Source of the DNA: a virus
Length of the DNA stretch: 57,373 nt
Virus record (IMG/VR): IMGVR_UViG_3300037882_003154
Coordinates: 1-57,373 of that record
Direction: 5' to 3' (one strand)
Below, piece by piece: positions 39,101-47,116 of the stretch. Each line of letters starts with the position of its first letter. Positions within the stretch are counted from its first letter, which is position 1. A program made the translations under genes and the position numbers. Under the pieces are notes generated by a model. It was given only the letters and a program-made list of their open reading frames with translations. It ran no database searches and was not told the DNA's origin.

Positions 39101-39960
39101 TTGGAACATCCCTGTCTTTTTTGAGTATGGGTGAAGCGATAGCTGGCGTAGACGGCAATAATAGCAAGAATTTTCAGTCTACATCCCTAATGACACTAGA
39201 TGGTATCTTTAGACCATTTAGTACGGCTAGTGGAAATGATGGTTCACACCGGTATATGCCACACTTTGAAAAGCCCTCTAGTGGTGCTACGGAGCCCACT
39301 GTATTTAATCTTAATCCATTTGCTAGTGGCGATATATATAATCCGAACACCCAGATGAACACTGATATTAATTATGTGCTTTCTGGAGATGAATACGACA
39401 GACAAGATCAGTTGTATGCCCCAAATGCATACCCGTCATCTGTTCGTGGGATAGGACTAAGAGCCCCCCTAATCATGGTTGGGTGGGGATATGACACAAA
39501 TGGAAAACCGGTACCCAATGTTAATCCACAAAACCCCGGTCCTCTATTTGCTACAGGATATAGAACAGATAGTAGAGACTGGAAAGCTGGTCCATTGGAT
39601 GCCAGATGGGACAATAATAGAAAGGTTTGGGTTGCTACCGGAGATACAATTGACCTATATGCAGTTATTATGCAAAGTGGTGGCAGAACATATGGGCTTT
39701 CCAATAGACCACTTTATGTTGTTAGACCAATATCTTCTATTACTAATCCATCTACTCCAGCAAATGCCCAATTGATTTATGACGACCCAACTACAACCCC
39801 ACCCCTTTCTGGTGTTAATGATAAAGTTGTATTTAATATACAAGAGTCTTGGGGTGATTTGCACACATTGGGATTAGGAACTCCGGTTATATTATATAAC
39901 AAGCATGGTGTAGAATTCATAGATCAGCTACCAAGAACCTTTGCTATTAGGATGATCTAA
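36187..39960 (+). CDS. Large tail-tip/central hub protein
   Basis: 1257 aa; hub-like N-terminus and ITNIQVSINEQGITTTY motif; position. Confidence 0.55.
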   Translation: MQQQTFMGSSIAAYGVTLGLNEQNTQLTVNLVDDPVNGDLFTAPLIGSPVYFSHFDDSNTFTHGGILQHYVSSSSGDGYPVYTVDVLDPRIILDGVQIILSGYIGATEVVPNLINIFGYLESQGFGNTLVNDGGVPFVKIRQALGDMIGVAGILSSHDYGGPFINFRGHNYSLDISEIPVTSPYYRVPGNFISLLELISIVCQDHGHDFHCVLIQSAISNIIKIKTIDRRAQPQGNVLSSYISNVSNVISKEVGKELRTDPTSMFLVGGQVQSLFTTTQVYYDSNNNIVDIYGDGGVIIDDADPEHIYYTISASGTLTKTIVSAATNSTVTIGTFDSTGFLYDGNNHITYNLRDDGLLTSIADDGQSKIVGTLHLNSPNADRTKTHILPFWGIDANGNVIIANVADRFAEANFNIDSRNWNVLGVGDTYNITMAEIRASLISQDAWATMLEIMDPSKAQSLGISDRSFFDVNGAFLDNVLLGVGRNTITKLNANTRVLNANETEFGHQNDNIFRLYNYVKEFATEHYGRKFMVRIPDVLATRESETGILVFSLDIADGGFLEDGAEPLGLPNYYSDLFTDQDGKFQAFVRLDNIQNYDLSNMTPGTDYVVINKNYPGGISVPYYAFIKCNVELNMVFLDYYNLTGPRAVITLPSPILLDIEKQTRAINTGLRIMWLKHFMGFGLTRMQYENAFYINNNLSRPSHLQDGTLIQPEQDTNFTLDDRLPNLYQFSESLENYNIRLIANPTAIRFSNTLSERLQAAISNIANGIENVEAAPIFKQPDFVAIPLIDHTTTYGPWYINSAIGKVSFEQDESLVPWNYGGFTQMNLAAQAKLISGTAKSQVLEAGSIQVPGVPTISIGDILSVGLPNITNIQVSINEQGITTTYNMQTYTPKFGVFAQQNAARFTRLTKQSQNIKRRLNQVIRAPSREQLNRRGSARFIGLDGSRILTAKSPHPVVLARNDVDISGRVVGTSLSFLSMGEAIAGVDGNNSKNFQSTSLMTLDGIFRPFSTASGNDGSHRYMPHFEKPSSGATEPTVFNLNPFASGDIYNPNTQMNTDINYVLSGDEYDRQDQLYAPNAYPSSVRGIGLRAPLIMVGWGYDTNGKPVPNVNPQNPGPLFATGYRTDSRDWKAGPLDARWDNNRKVWVATGDTIDLYAVIMQSGGRTYGLSNRPLYVVRPISSITNPSTPANAQLIYDDPTTTPPLSGVNDKVVFNIQESWGDLHTLGLGTPVILYNKHGVEFIDQLPRTFAIRMI

Positions 39961-41786
39961 TGGCTTATCCAGCAGATCGTGGTAAATTTGGATATGCCGA
40001 ATCTTCGGGTGTATTCTACTCGGAATATGAGCCCACAAGACTGTTGTATCACACATACTTTAGGGGACCTGCTGGTGAAAACCCATCTTTATTATATAAC
40101 GGACCAGTTTCAATCAACAATTCCTATCGTGTAACCAACTATGATATTGGTTCCCACATATTATATTCAGATAGTTTTCCTCATTCAATAGCATCAAGAA
40201 ATATATTTTGGTATGATTATGATGCATATCAACAAAACAAACTATCACTACCATCTATAGGCGGATCTGGAATCAATGTATTATCTAGTGGTGTTACAGC
40301 CTTTTTTAGAAAATATCCAATATTATGGTCATATAGCGATCTAACTAGTAGTGGGCAGTTTACCAGATTTTTTACAAAAAGTCTTGGGCTTCCTTTTTCT
40401 GACATATCTTTGCCATCTGGTGATAGACCACTCTCTGTTACAATACCAACACTATATATAGTTTCTGGTAGTGTTCCACGAGACATATCCAATTCTGAAC
40501 TTGCAATTATGCCCTTTTACCAAATGGCTGATGTAATTTGGCAGTGCCACAATCATATAGATGGAATGTACAGAAACCCCAAGATCAATGCTGCACATCC
40601 ATGTGGTGAAGATTGGATCAATCCAGAGTCATCTGCTAGTAGTCAGACTGCAACACTAAAGAGCAGAGTGGCTACGGAGACATATGTTATTAGTGGCGTC
40701 CCAATACCACAATTGACCAAAGAATATGGTCTGCAATTTAATAACTTAACACTTAAGGCAACTGGATTTATAGGACCCCAAAACCACTTACTATATGCAT
40801 CTGGTCAAATTCCTGGTTCTGGTTATATGCCATATCTTCAAATGGCTGAGCAGTGTTGTTTTGAAAATATCAGGGACCACAATTTCATTACCAAAGTAAC
40901 TAATAGCAGTCCTGTCGTTCCGCCAACATTTAATCAGGTTAGTGGAATTGGTGATTGGGGATATAGTAGTCTTGGACTATCTTCCGGCATATTTTTAGAC
41001 ACAGCTAAAATAGTGGGGTCTAATAAGATATTGCCTAATGGCGTGGTCAAACAGTGGTTATTGGCGACAGAAATACCCGACAGTGATATATTGACAAGTT
41101 GTGTGAGAGCCAAGTTTTTTGGTGGCTTGGGCAATTCTAGTTTTGATATAGTGTGTTCTGGAAGCCAACCCACTATTTCTTTAAATGCCACAACACATTT
41201 CCTTAGAACCGATCCAGTTTTTCTTACACAGACCATTACCACAGAAACAACACCAATAAAATTAATACCAATATTGTATACACAGGTCAAGATAGAGCAC
41301 AATGCCCCGGTTACAGTTGGAGGAAGCATATGCACTATGGGTGATGCTACCGGTCTGCGATTTGGGGTTGCAAATACCAATAAAGCTAATAGATTGGGCG
41401 TATCTGTTAGTGGGTCAACATTTTATAGTATAGCCAATGCAATGTTTAGTAAGCTTGGTGATCCAATATCACCATCAATACTACATAATATTCAGCAGCA
41501 TCCATTCAGGCACAACACTCAAAGCTTCTTTGGTACGCCGGTCACACTGGTTATAAATAACAAAATATTTTGGGCTATAGCTAGGTCGGTTGAACCAACC
41601 GGCACCACAACAGGAACAGCCCGAACATTTACAGAATTAACAATACCGCCAAATACTATGGTATTGAACCCATCTAGTATATACATCAAGATCAATGGTA
41701 TAGATGTTCCATGCAGTAGACTAGACGGCATTAATATACCAGGAAGTTCAATTTTTGATGTGTTCCAATACTCTGCTAGTCCCTAG
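39960..41786 (+). CDS. Tail-tip-associated hypothetical protein
   Basis: TAATG-coupled last gene of the late arm; Ser/Gly-rich. Confidence 0.55.
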   Translation: MAYPADRGKFGYAESSGVFYSEYEPTRLLYHTYFRGPAGENPSLLYNGPVSINNSYRVTNYDIGSHILYSDSFPHSIASRNIFWYDYDAYQQNKLSLPSIGGSGINVLSSGVTAFFRKYPILWSYSDLTSSGQFTRFFTKSLGLPFSDISLPSGDRPLSVTIPTLYIVSGSVPRDISNSELAIMPFYQMADVIWQCHNHIDGMYRNPKINAAHPCGEDWINPESSASSQTATLKSRVATETYVISGVPIPQLTKEYGLQFNNLTLKATGFIGPQNHLLYASGQIPGSGYMPYLQMAEQCCFENIRDHNFITKVTNSSPVVPPTFNQVSGIGDWGYSSLGLSSGIFLDTAKIVGSNKILPNGVVKQWLLATEIPDSDILTSCVRAKFFGGLGNSSFDIVCSGSQPTISLNATTHFLRTDPVFLTQTITTETTPIKLIPILYTQVKIEHNAPVTVGGSICTMGDATGLRFGVANTNKANRLGVSVSGSTFYSIANAMFSKLGDPISPSILHNIQQHPFRHNTQSFFGTPVTLVINNKIFWAIARSVEPTGTTTGTARTFTELTIPPNTMVLNPSSIYIKINGIDVPCSRLDGINIPGSSIFDVFQYSASP

Positions 41787-42180
41787 GTCCAATGCCTTTG
41801 TAGGGCATAGCCAGCCCCAAATTTAACAACCTTTCATTAAGATTGATCCAGTTATTATCTTGGTCGAAAAAATAAACTGTAGCAAGGTATCTTCGCCACT
41901 TTTCCCTTTTCATCTTGTAGGGTGTTTTGACCAACATTTCACTCTCTACGAATATTCTTGAGGCATTCTCACATAGAGTAAAGAATATCTCATAAGCCTC
42001 TTTGCCCTTTTCTGTTGACATATTTTGTGTATTTAGCCCAGATAGCCTAAATTCAACGTCGGTTTTGATACTGTATCCTAGATCGACACTGGCAACAAAT
42101 GTGTCACCATCAATGATCCTGTTGATCTGGACTTCTCGAATATAGTTGTCTAGTGGGGCTAAGACTATGTTATTGGTCAT
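41776..42180 (-). CDS. Staphylococcal nuclease (SNase/thermonuclease)-like protein
   Basis: RIIDGDT...VDLG...RLSGLNT...KWRRYLA.V....LNE.LL..GLA.PY. Confidence 0.88.
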   Translation of the reverse strand: MTNNIVLAPLDNYIREVQINRIIDGDTFVASVDLGYSIKTDVEFRLSGLNTQNMSTEKGKEAYEIFFTLCENASRIFVESEMLVKTPYKMKREKWRRYLATVYFFDQDNNWINLNERLLNLGLAMPYKGIGPRD

Positions 42181-42284
42181 AAAATGCCATTGGTTTGCAA
42201 TAGGATTGGTTCTGGCTTAGGGCTGGACGGAGTTTGTGCTGGAATACCACGAAAACATTGTATATTATTCATTAGGGCTAATTT

Positions 42285-42346
42285 AAAATAAAAAAAATCC
42301 CACAACCAAGAAAGTCAACAACCACCTTCAATCTTGGCTGTGGGAT
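42285..42346 (-). terminator. Terminator-like hairpin, 3' end of candidate ncRNA
   Basis: 15-bp stem ATCCCACAGCCAAGA/TCTTGGTTGTGGGAT (one G.U on the minus strand) followed by a T-rich tract. Confidence 0.75.
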
Positions 42347-42860
42347 CTAGCAAAAGGGACGCTACGCTAACAAAATTTTATTTCACCCTTATCATTGGGT
42401 GCATTTTTCACTCACTGTCTTACTGATACTATTGATACTTTAGGAACTATTCGTGACTATTATCCTACGAGCCCCCCTCTTACTATTTTGTAGATATATT
42501 TCATTCGGGACTTATACCTAGTGTTTCTTATCACCGACCGTTCTATGAAAGATATTTTTAATCCACAAACGGCACGTTTGTGGGCGTACCAAACCCATTT
42601 GCAGGGGTTTAGTAAAAGACAAGCCGCAATTATCATTTAATTGTAGGCTGACCGGAAGTATTTTTTTTACTACGCACACTCCCTTCAACCACGTAGTTTG
42701 GCTTTATTATCCTAGATCGGTTATCGAATCTATAAATAGGAGAACACCAAAAATCTTGCGTTTACCAATTATGATATTTTTTTGTGCAAAATGCGTAGGC
42801 TGGTAAACTTCTAGGACCTTTGCCAAATCAGGTGGCTATATTTTCACGAATCATCTTCAG
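42285..42860 (-). ncRNA. Candidate large structured non-coding RNA (~570 nt), family not recognised
   Basis: ORF-free; at least 9 hairpins; several stems pair G.U on the minus strand but A.C on the plus strand; TATAAT upstream and terminator downstream. Confidence 0.6.
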
Positions 42861-42864
42861 TGTT

Positions 42865-42870
42865 ATTATA
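42865..42870 (-). promoter_or_regulatory. Sigma70-type -10 box for candidate ncRNA
   Basis: Perfect TATAAT on the minus strand at the upstream edge of the structured region; -35 match is poor. Confidence 0.4.
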
Positions 42871-43006
42871 TCCCAGGTGAATACAAAAAATCATACTTTT
42901 TCTTGTCTAAGTCGGATAATATTTTTTAACTCTTTGAGAAAACACGCCAAAGATTTTTAAAACAGGTAGAGTTTCGCGGCGAATGCCGCATAGCTGAATA
43001 AACAAT

Positions 43007-43327
43007 CTAGTGTGAATCTAGGGACTTTCGGTAAGTTATGCAATTGTGCAAAAATTCATCCATCGGTGGTACATATATTTTTTCATCTACATATAAACCG
43101 ATGGCTTTGGCTAGCTCCATGCGATTTTGCCAACACAGGTCGTGTCCATCCTTGGACAAATAGTCCTTGACACTTTTAACCAGATTATTATATTTGTGTT
43201 TGTTGATGGTTACTTCTTTAATATCTTGTAGTCTACATTTTAAGTAGCGAACTCGCCTTTTATAAAGATAATAAAGTTTGATATACAGCAAACCAAGGGT
43301 GATGATTATGATCCGTTCAATTGTCAT
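43007..43327 (-). CDS. Hypothetical protein with N-terminal hydrophobic segment
   Basis: IIIITLGLLYIKLYYLY; GGAG SD. Confidence 0.6.
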   Translation of the reverse strand: MTIERIIIITLGLLYIKLYYLYKRRVRYLKCRLQDIKEVTINKHKYNNLVKSVKDYLSKDGHDLCWQNRMELAKAIGLYVDEKIYVPPMDEFLHNCITYRKSLDSH

Positions 43328-43360
43328 AATTACTCCATGCCGATGGTTATTTGTCTGTGG

Positions 43361-43705
43361 TTACTGTTTTTTGATTGGGACCCACTTTACCCAACCACCA
43401 TTGGGAAGGTATTCCTTAGATTCATCGGTTTTCTTGCGTCTAGGATACAGTGCCCCTTTGGGCTTTTTTTTCTGCCCAAAGGACAGAACAGCCCTGCAAG
43501 ATATATTTTGGCACTTTAGATCATAGTATTTATTATCATCCTTGTCTGTCCGAACAGAGTATCGTAGATCTTTAGACTTACAACACCCACACTCACTAAT
43601 ACCAAATACCTCTTGAACGCCCATGAGGGTTTCAAAGGCATCGGTATGAACATCGGAGTCAAAACACACATCAAGACGGTCATTAACCTTGTATGTAAAT
43701 TTCAT
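43361..43705 (-). CDS. Zinc-ribbon hypothetical protein
   Basis: CGCC...CQNISC, basic aromatic C-terminus (GWVKW). Confidence 0.65.
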   Translation of the reverse strand: MKFTYKVNDRLDVCFDSDVHTDAFETLMGVQEVFGISECGCCKSKDLRYSVRTDKDDNKYYDLKCQNISCRAVLSFGQKKKPKGALYPRRKKTDESKEYLPNGGWVKWVPIKKQ

Positions 43706-43717
43706 TTACTATCTCTT

Positions 43718-43966
43718 TTAAACATATCTTTGTAGATGAACGCCATTGTTATAACCATTGCGATATCGGTCGTAGTCTCTTTGTCTAATAAAGGCGTCTC
43801 TGCTTTCTCTTCTACCTGCAACAATACCCTGGGAGATACCGTACAAATATAAACCACCACACATGTGTGTTAAATATGACGCCCTATTTTTCTTGAGGTC
43901 CCCTATGGTTGTTACACCACTTCTAATGTGATCTACGGTGATCTTTAGTCTTTTCTTGTTAATCAT
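43718..43966 (-). CDS. Hypothetical protein
   Basis: 82-aa ORF tightly packed in the operon. Confidence 0.55.
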   Translation of the reverse strand: MINKKRLKITVDHIRSGVTTIGDLKKNRASYLTHMCGGLYLYGISQGIVAGRRESRDAFIRQRDYDRYRNGYNNGVHLQRYV

Positions 43967-43969
43967 TTT

Positions 43970-44785
43970 TTAACCTTTCTCACTAGAATTTTCAACTTCT
44001 AACAAATGCCCAGGTATTTCTTTTTCTCCTCTAAAATACTCACCCAGTCTTTTAATCATAGCAGTAGACACGTCATATGGCACCTCCTTGATATCATTAT
44101 ATGCTCTCTTACCACTATTAATAAATGCACTAACATTTATATTACATCTTTGGCACAAGAGTGTTATGCCTAAAACTCTGCCCTCATCTATTAGGGCTTC
44201 GTTGTCAAACAGAGATCTGTCTTGTGCAGCCTGAATGTCACTCTCTTCTCTAACAGACTTTTCTTCTGCACTAATGTTCTTAATACCAAGCGCTTTTCTC
44301 AAGGCTCTGCCCTCTGCTCTGGTCTCTGCCGTTGCTGATGGATGCTGATTATATGGGGATATTGTGTTTTCAGACCAACAATCTGCGACAGCCATAATAG
44401 TTTTGTATAATTGTATGCCGCTATCATCAAATGACCTTAGAGCAAATACTATGGTATGTTCAACCGACGCCCTATTACCATTTTCTTTTGTGGGCGCTTG
44501 TACTATTTTGGTCTTAGATTCGGCTATTTGCCCAATAAGCTTTTGGGCTACTCTGCGTAATCCGTCGGTTTTTGGATTATCACCTTGTAGTTCGTCTTTT
44601 GCGAACAAAGACATCACATAATCAGACCAATCTGGATCCGTATAGCTTTCTAGATATGTCCGTTCTTTGGTTGTGGTCTCATTGTTGTTTTGCAAATCAC
44701 CAACAAGATATCCATCATCTACCGACAATATCTTCTGGTCCCCTAATGTATCCTGGTCGTTTGGTTCTGATTTTTTTCTTGGCAT
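43970..44785 (-). CDS. Putative Rad52/Sak-like single-strand annealing protein
   Basis: DGLRRVA...A.AD...ATAETRAEGRALRKALGI motif typical of phage Rad52-like recombinases. Confidence 0.55.
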   Translation of the reverse strand: MPRKKSEPNDQDTLGDQKILSVDDGYLVGDLQNNNETTTKERTYLESYTDPDWSDYVMSLFAKDELQGDNPKTDGLRRVAQKLIGQIAESKTKIVQAPTKENGNRASVEHTIVFALRSFDDSGIQLYKTIMAVADCWSENTISPYNQHPSATAETRAEGRALRKALGIKNISAEEKSVREESDIQAAQDRSLFDNEALIDEGRVLGITLLCQRCNINVSAFINSGKRAYNDIKEVPYDVSTAMIKRLGEYFRGEKEIPGHLLEVENSSEKG

Positions 44786-45677
44786 TGTTCGGTTTTCCGG
44801 TTGTGGTATCTTTCCTAATACGAAGTGGCTTGTTTTCTATTATAAGTTCTCGTATTGGAGAAGGGTTTAATATACTGATATCAGGGTGCTGACCTGAATA
44901 TGGCGTCGGTGTGATTTCAAGATAAGTGGGCTCTTTGGGCTTTGTCTTGAATTTTTCCAGGGTCTCCAAAAGAATTTTAGAAACCTCTCGACAGTATTTA
45001 TTCGATTTTGTATCACCGAAGTGTCTCAATCTTATTATACTCAGTCCCTTGCCCAAAAGCAATCCCATTTTCTGAATATCGGCTTTTCGTGTTTTGGCTA
45101 GGGCTTCTTCGCCCCAAACCGGATAAAAGTGCGACGGACCATCCACTTCAATAGCGACACCCAGGTTTTGGACGAAAATATCAATCTCCAGTTTTTCATT
45201 AGCCAAAATTTTATTATAATGAAATACCACATTGTGACCCTCGTTTTTTAATAGTCGGAATAGCATGTGCTCCATTTTAGATCCAAGCTTTGATGCTTTC
45301 CTAATGCCATCTATGCCCATCTTGATGAAATCTTCTTTTTCTTTTTTTGTTCTTTTGTTCCATACTTTTTTGGCTTTTTCTACATGCACCTGTTTTTGCT
45401 CTTCGGACTTTTCGTGCCAAACCCTATAATTAGATTCGCTGATAGCCAGCTTTGTGCTTTCAGAGGACTCTTTTCCTTTGGTGGGGTGTTCTTTTGAGCC
45501 GGTCTCATAAGCATTAGCAAGAGCTTCGCCTCTAGTTCTTTTTGGTATACCGAACTTTTCTAGGGCTCTGTTAATTTGTTCTGGAAAAAGCCCCATTTCT
45601 TTAGCTATACTAGACGTTGATCTTTTATTTTGTGCATATTCTTTTTGCAGATATGCCTTGGTTAGTTCTTTACTCAT
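44715..45677 (-). CDS. DUF559/Vsr-like endonuclease with N-terminal HTH and NUMOD3-like basic region (homing endonuclease-like)
   Basis: SKMEH.L...EIDIF....VAIEVDGPSH...D..K...L...G..IIRL; N-terminal ST..IAKE.G and S.STK.AIS. Confidence 0.75.
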   Translation of the reverse strand: MSKELTKAYLQKEYAQNKRSTSSIAKEMGLFPEQINRALEKFGIPKRTRGEALANAYETGSKEHPTKGKESSESTKLAISESNYRVWHEKSEEQKQVHVEKAKKVWNKRTKKEKEDFIKMGIDGIRKASKLGSKMEHMLFRLLKNEGHNVVFHYNKILANEKLEIDIFVQNLGVAIEVDGPSHFYPVWGEEALAKTRKADIQKMGLLLGKGLSIIRLRHFGDTKSNKYCREVSKILLETLEKFKTKPKEPTYLEITPTPYSGQHPDISILNPSPIRELIIENKPLRIRKDTTTGKPNNAKKKIRTKRPGYIRGPEDIVGR

Positions 45678-46143
45678 CTTGCCCTCTCACAAACTCTAAT
45701 AAGGATTTGATATCAAAATTTTCTACAACACCTTTTACTTTGACATTAAAATTATTTTCTATTACCTTTTTATGATTTTGCGATCTACACAATATTTCCA
45801 TATTAGAATTACAAAACAAATTATAAAAAATGTCTGAGTTCACAACATTATTAAGAAAGTCTAGATCTTGTACATAATATATCTTTTGTCTAGGACCCAG
45901 AATGGTCATCATCTTGTTGGCTGTAGTGTGGCTTGTTGCAACAAGAGCCCCATTAAACAGCCACGATTCGCTCATATTAAAATAGCCAGTTAGTAGTTTT
46001 CCTATTGGACGATCTAAATTTTCATAGAAAATAGATATAGGTGTGTCAAACCTACTAAGCATTAAACCATTAACTTCTTTTAATATTCTATAAGATAATT
46101 GGGAGTGCCCAAAATCTGTTACACAAATGCCCAGCTTTTTCAT
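45670..46143 (-). CDS. Glycosyltransferase N-domain-like protein (WsaF-like)
   Basis: LVATSHTTA...KIYYVQDL motif; ATG 46143 preferred, just after the upstream stop. Confidence 0.5.
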   Translation of the reverse strand: MKKLGICVTDFGHSQLSYRILKEVNGLMLSRFDTPISIFYENLDRPIGKLLTGYFNMSESWLFNGALVATSHTTANKMMTILGPRQKIYYVQDLDFLNNVVNSDIFYNLFCNSNMEILCRSQNHKKVIENNFNVKVKGVVENFDIKSLLEFVRGQDE

Positions 46144-46144
46144 T

Positions 46145-47116
46145 TTACTCCGAAAATATTGTAGTAGTCCCTTGGTAGTCAAACTTACATTTCACTGACT
46201 TGAGCCCCGATAATTTGTCACACAGATGGTCCTGTCGATGTGGTGGGCACAAAAATAGTATAAATCCATCTTGTCCAGCCCCCATGATTTTGGCTCCAAT
46301 AGCCCCAGAAGACAGTCCGGTGCTGATTATACTGTCTACACGATCATTTGATATTTTGTCTGAAATAGCCCTCTTGCTTTGCCAAGAAAGATTGAGCAAC
46401 TTGCCAATTTGATTTATATTTTCGCTTGCAAAATATTCTAGGCTTTCTATAGCTATGTCTCTGATACTTCTTAGGCTGTCTATGCTTTTTTTGGTGTATG
46501 ATTTTGCTACTTCGCCACTTAATCTATCTTGACCAGTATGAAAAAGTATTATATGTTCTTGTAGGTGTTCTATAAATGGTCTCCCACACACCACTGGCTC
46601 AATAAAAAAATCACCATTGACAAATTCTATCTTGGAGACACCACCACCATATGAGGCGAATATTTGATCTTGGTACCCCCCATCGAGCCCCATTTCATTT
46701 CTTTCTATATTGATGGCTTCTTTGGCTATTTCTTTGCGCCCCCAGTGTATACCATTCAGTGTATTAAGTGACTTAATCAAACAAGTAATAAATGATGATG
46801 ATGAGCCTATACCACCGGTTTTGGGCAAATCTGTAATAATGTGTATATCTAGATTTTTATCTATATTATACTTATTTAAGACGTGTTTTATTGTCTGGTG
46901 TTTCAACTCATTTATATTCTTAACACATTCGATGATGGAATATGATAGTCTAATCTTATAATCAAAGATATTATTTAGCTCTTTAATCGCTATGGTGACA
47001 TATTTATTGATAGCCGAACCAACTACTATGCTGCGTTCGCCTTCATCTAAAAATAACTTGATGTCACTTCCGCCCCCAAACCATGATACTCGCATTGGGG
47101 CGCGACTGATGATTAT
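46145..47116 (-). CDS. GHMP sugar kinase, HddA (heptose-7-phosphate kinase)-like; probable ATA start
   Basis: IIISRAPMRVSWFGGGSD, PKTGGIGSSS, G.QDQ, GAKIMGAG.DG. Confidence 0.85.
   Translation of the reverse strand: MIISRAPMRVSWFGGGSDIKLFLDEGERSIVVGSAINKYVTIAIKELNNIFDYKIRLSYSIIECVKNINELKHQTIKHVLNKYNIDKNLDIHIITDLPKTGGIGSSSSFITCLIKSLNTLNGIHWGRKEIAKEAINIERNEMGLDGGYQDQIFASYGGGVSKIEFVNGDFFIEPVVCGRPFIEHLQEHIILFHTGQDRLSGEVAKSYTKKSIDSLRSIRDIAIESLEYFASENINQIGKLLNLSWQSKRAISDKISNDRVDSIISTGLSSGAIGAKIMGAGQDGFILFLCPPHRQDHLCDKLSGLKSVKCKFDYQGTTTIFSE

Noticed and set aside
40008-40015. GGTGTATT inside the 5' end of 39960..41786
   Set aside because: No suitable downstream start; compatible with the ~1 chance copy expected
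32655-41786. Diversity-generating retroelement or invertible tail-fibre cassette
   Set aside because: No reverse transcriptase, invertase or template/variable repeat pair seen
42440-42650. Group I intron-like words on the minus strand (AAUUGCGG, GAUAAUAGUC)
   Set aside because: No matching Q/R elements or interrupted gene; both words sit in local hairpins
42976-42989. GCGGC-GAAT-GCCGC hairpin as a terminator
   Set aside because: Only a 5-bp stem with no U tract on the minus strand; may merely be a 3' stabilising stem
42181-43006. tRNA, tmRNA or RNase P RNA
   Set aside because: No T-loop GTTCRA cloverleaf, tmRNA termini or GAGGAAAGTCC seen
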